From NCBI GenBank assembly GCA_043823645.1, contig JBDRAO010000024.1, forward strand, positions 1-48,704: a stretch of DNA of 48,704 bases, read 5' to 3'. The DNA comes from a bacterium. GTDB lineage: Bacteria; Patescibacteriota; WWE3; JBDRAO01. Made by a program: the position numbers and the translations under genes. Below the pieces are notes generated by a model that worked only from the letters and a program-made list of their open reading frames with translations, did no database searches and was not told the origin of the DNA. Positions 47,517 through 48,704 of this stretch are shown here, one piece after another; the stretch's first letter is position 1; every line of letters begins with the position of its first letter.

Positions 47517-48704
47517 TCACAAACTGGCGCTAGGGGAAGCTTGAGGAGTAGGCCCGTTTGCCGGTGGGGCAGGGGAGAGTACCGGCTCTATATTGGCATT
47601 TTCTTCTAGTATTTTGAGTCTTTCTTCAATGCGGTCAAGCCTTTCGGTGGTGGCTTTTTCAAACTCTCTAAAGGTATCATTGAGCTCCAAAAGTTGTAGG
47701 TGTTCCTCTTGCACCGCCTTCACCAACAAGGTGGCAAACCTGGAATAATTTATCCCCATGTACCCATCAGATTTATTGGTATATACAATTCCCGGGAATA
47801 TCTCTTGCACTTCTTGAGCTATTAGTCCTATGTCTCTTTTTCCGGTACTGTCGTTAATCCAGTGGAAGGAATATGGCTTGAGTTTAAGTATCCCCTCTAA
47901 AGTACCCTCCAGAGGCTCTAGACTATTCTTGACACGAAGATCAGAGGTAGAGGTAGTTAAATCCCCATCATCTTCAATATACAGATCCACTGGAGAAGAA
48001 GCCCCACTCCCCACTATCAGTCTTATATTACCGGCTACCTCTAATTTTTGATTTGGGCCCGTTGTCCCGATGCCGACGTTGCCCGCACTTGACATAAACA
48101 TATAAGTAGAACCACCGGCTTGGAAAGCCAAATTCTTACCGGCTCCACTGCCAAAATAAGCTTCACCTAGTGTCCCGTTATATCCAAATACCGCTCTACC
48201 TTGAGTAATTCTTATTAAATTACTATCAGAGACAAGACCAGCTTCATTAAGCGATATATTTCCATTAACTTCCAATTTATAGGTTGGATTCGTCGTCCCG
48301 ATGCCGACGTTGCCGGTTGTTGTAATCCTCATTTTCTCCGAAGAACCTGGACTAAACAAAATACTACCCGAATTGTTAGAATGTGCTCGCAGATCAACAT
48401 CGACTCCACTTAGAAATAAACCATTCGAAGTATACGAAGAAGCAATCACACCGCCCCCACTTGGTACTACCAGTTGACCAAGATAGGAGATATTAGTAGT
48501 TGTGCCTCCCGAATTGACAAATGAGGCAGTAGCAGGTTGACCGCTACTTTGGTTTTGTCTCACAGTCAAGATTGGATTCGAGCTTGAACCAATGACGTGC
48601 AGTACCGAATCTGGTCCCGTCGTTCCGATGCCGACGTTGCCTGAAATTATCATCCCTCCCGATGGTCCCGCTATTCCCGAATATGTTCCCGCTGATATGG
48701 CTCC
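47517..48704 (-). CDS. Tail-fibre-like repeat protein with C-terminal S74 intramolecular-chaperone domain (5' end beyond the window)
   Basis: The frame stays open to base 48704. GNVGIGTT(G/N)P repeats (DNA motif cccgatgccgacgttgcc x3). C-terminal DLRVKNS...LKPYSFHW...DIGLIAQEVQEIFP...GINYS is typical of the endosialidase-chaperone (peptidase S74) domain, followed by a coiled coil. Confidence 0.7.
   Translation of the reverse strand, partial: GAISAGTYSGIAGPSGGMIISGNVGIGTTGPDSVLHVIGSSSNPILTVRQNQSSGQPATASFVNSGGTTTNISYLGQLVVPSGGGVIASSYTSNGLFLSGVDVDLRAHSNNSGSILFSPGSSEKMRITTTGNVGIGTTNPTYKLEVNGNISLNEAGLVSDSNLIRITQGRAVFGYNGTLGEAYFGSGAGKNLAFQAGGSTYMFMSSAGNVGIGTTGPNQKLEVAGNIRLIVGSGASSPVDLYIEDDGDLTTSTSDLRVKNSLEPLEGTLEGILKLKPYSFHWINDSTGKRDIGLIAQEVQEIFPGIVYTNKSDGYMGINYSRFATLLVKAVQEEHLQLLELNDTFREFEKATTERLDRIEERLKILEENANIEPVLSPAPPANGPTPQASPSASL

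Noticed and set aside
1-48704. Alternative genetic code (UGA recoding, as in some candidate phyla).
   Set aside because: Conserved genes end at TGA where orthologues end. Examples are metG (ATGA overlap with the next gene), the tail-fibre gene and lepA. No conserved protein is interrupted by in-frame TGA.

Overview
A 48.7-kb chromosomal window of moderate GC (roughly mid-40s % by eye). It uses the standard genetic code: TGA, TAA and TAG all act as stops.

Gene content, the very compact housekeeping enzymes (PGK about 300 aa, TIM about 209 aa, MetRS about 463 aa) and Gram-positive-type envelope genes suggest a small-genome Patescibacteria/CPR-like bacterium. This placement is inference only; no search was run.

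Core genes recognised from motifs:
- groES-groEL, metG, dnaA, lepA, tsaD, rmuC
- a UvrD-type helicase fused to a RecB/Cas4-type nuclease
- murT-gatD, an O-antigen-ligase-like protein, a solute-binding protein, murJ
- rpsT, a holA-like gene, an LCP protein, tpiA-pgk, rpmH-rnpA, rnhA

Accessory content:
- a Gram-positive-style T4SS-like gene set split into two blocks: an M23-peptidase giant protein plus a VirB6-like protein, and VirB4, an N-domain paralogue and a PrgI-like protein
- a cohesin/dockerin/sortase surface module next to PilN/PilO-like genes
- VapBC
- a DUF5678-like plus retropepsin-like pair
- a sharply GC-rich islet encoding a membrane-anchored FHA-like protein
- three four-helix-bundle (23S-IVS-type) genes
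- a zinc-ribbon plus PD-(D/E)XK nuclease
- a tail-fibre/S74-chaperone protein cut by the right edge

The most unusual signal is not a gene. At least six families of short repeats litter the window. Several families sit IN FRAME inside conserved housekeeping genes (metG, gatD, tsaD, lepA, tpiA, the UvrD-like helicase, the O-antigen ligase). One AT-rich hairpin family carries four-helix-bundle genes as cargo, and its empty copies keep a 7-8 codon remnant ORF (MK...INS*).

I saw no rRNA, tRNA or CRISPR array by eye. All similarity statements come from motif recognition, not from searches.
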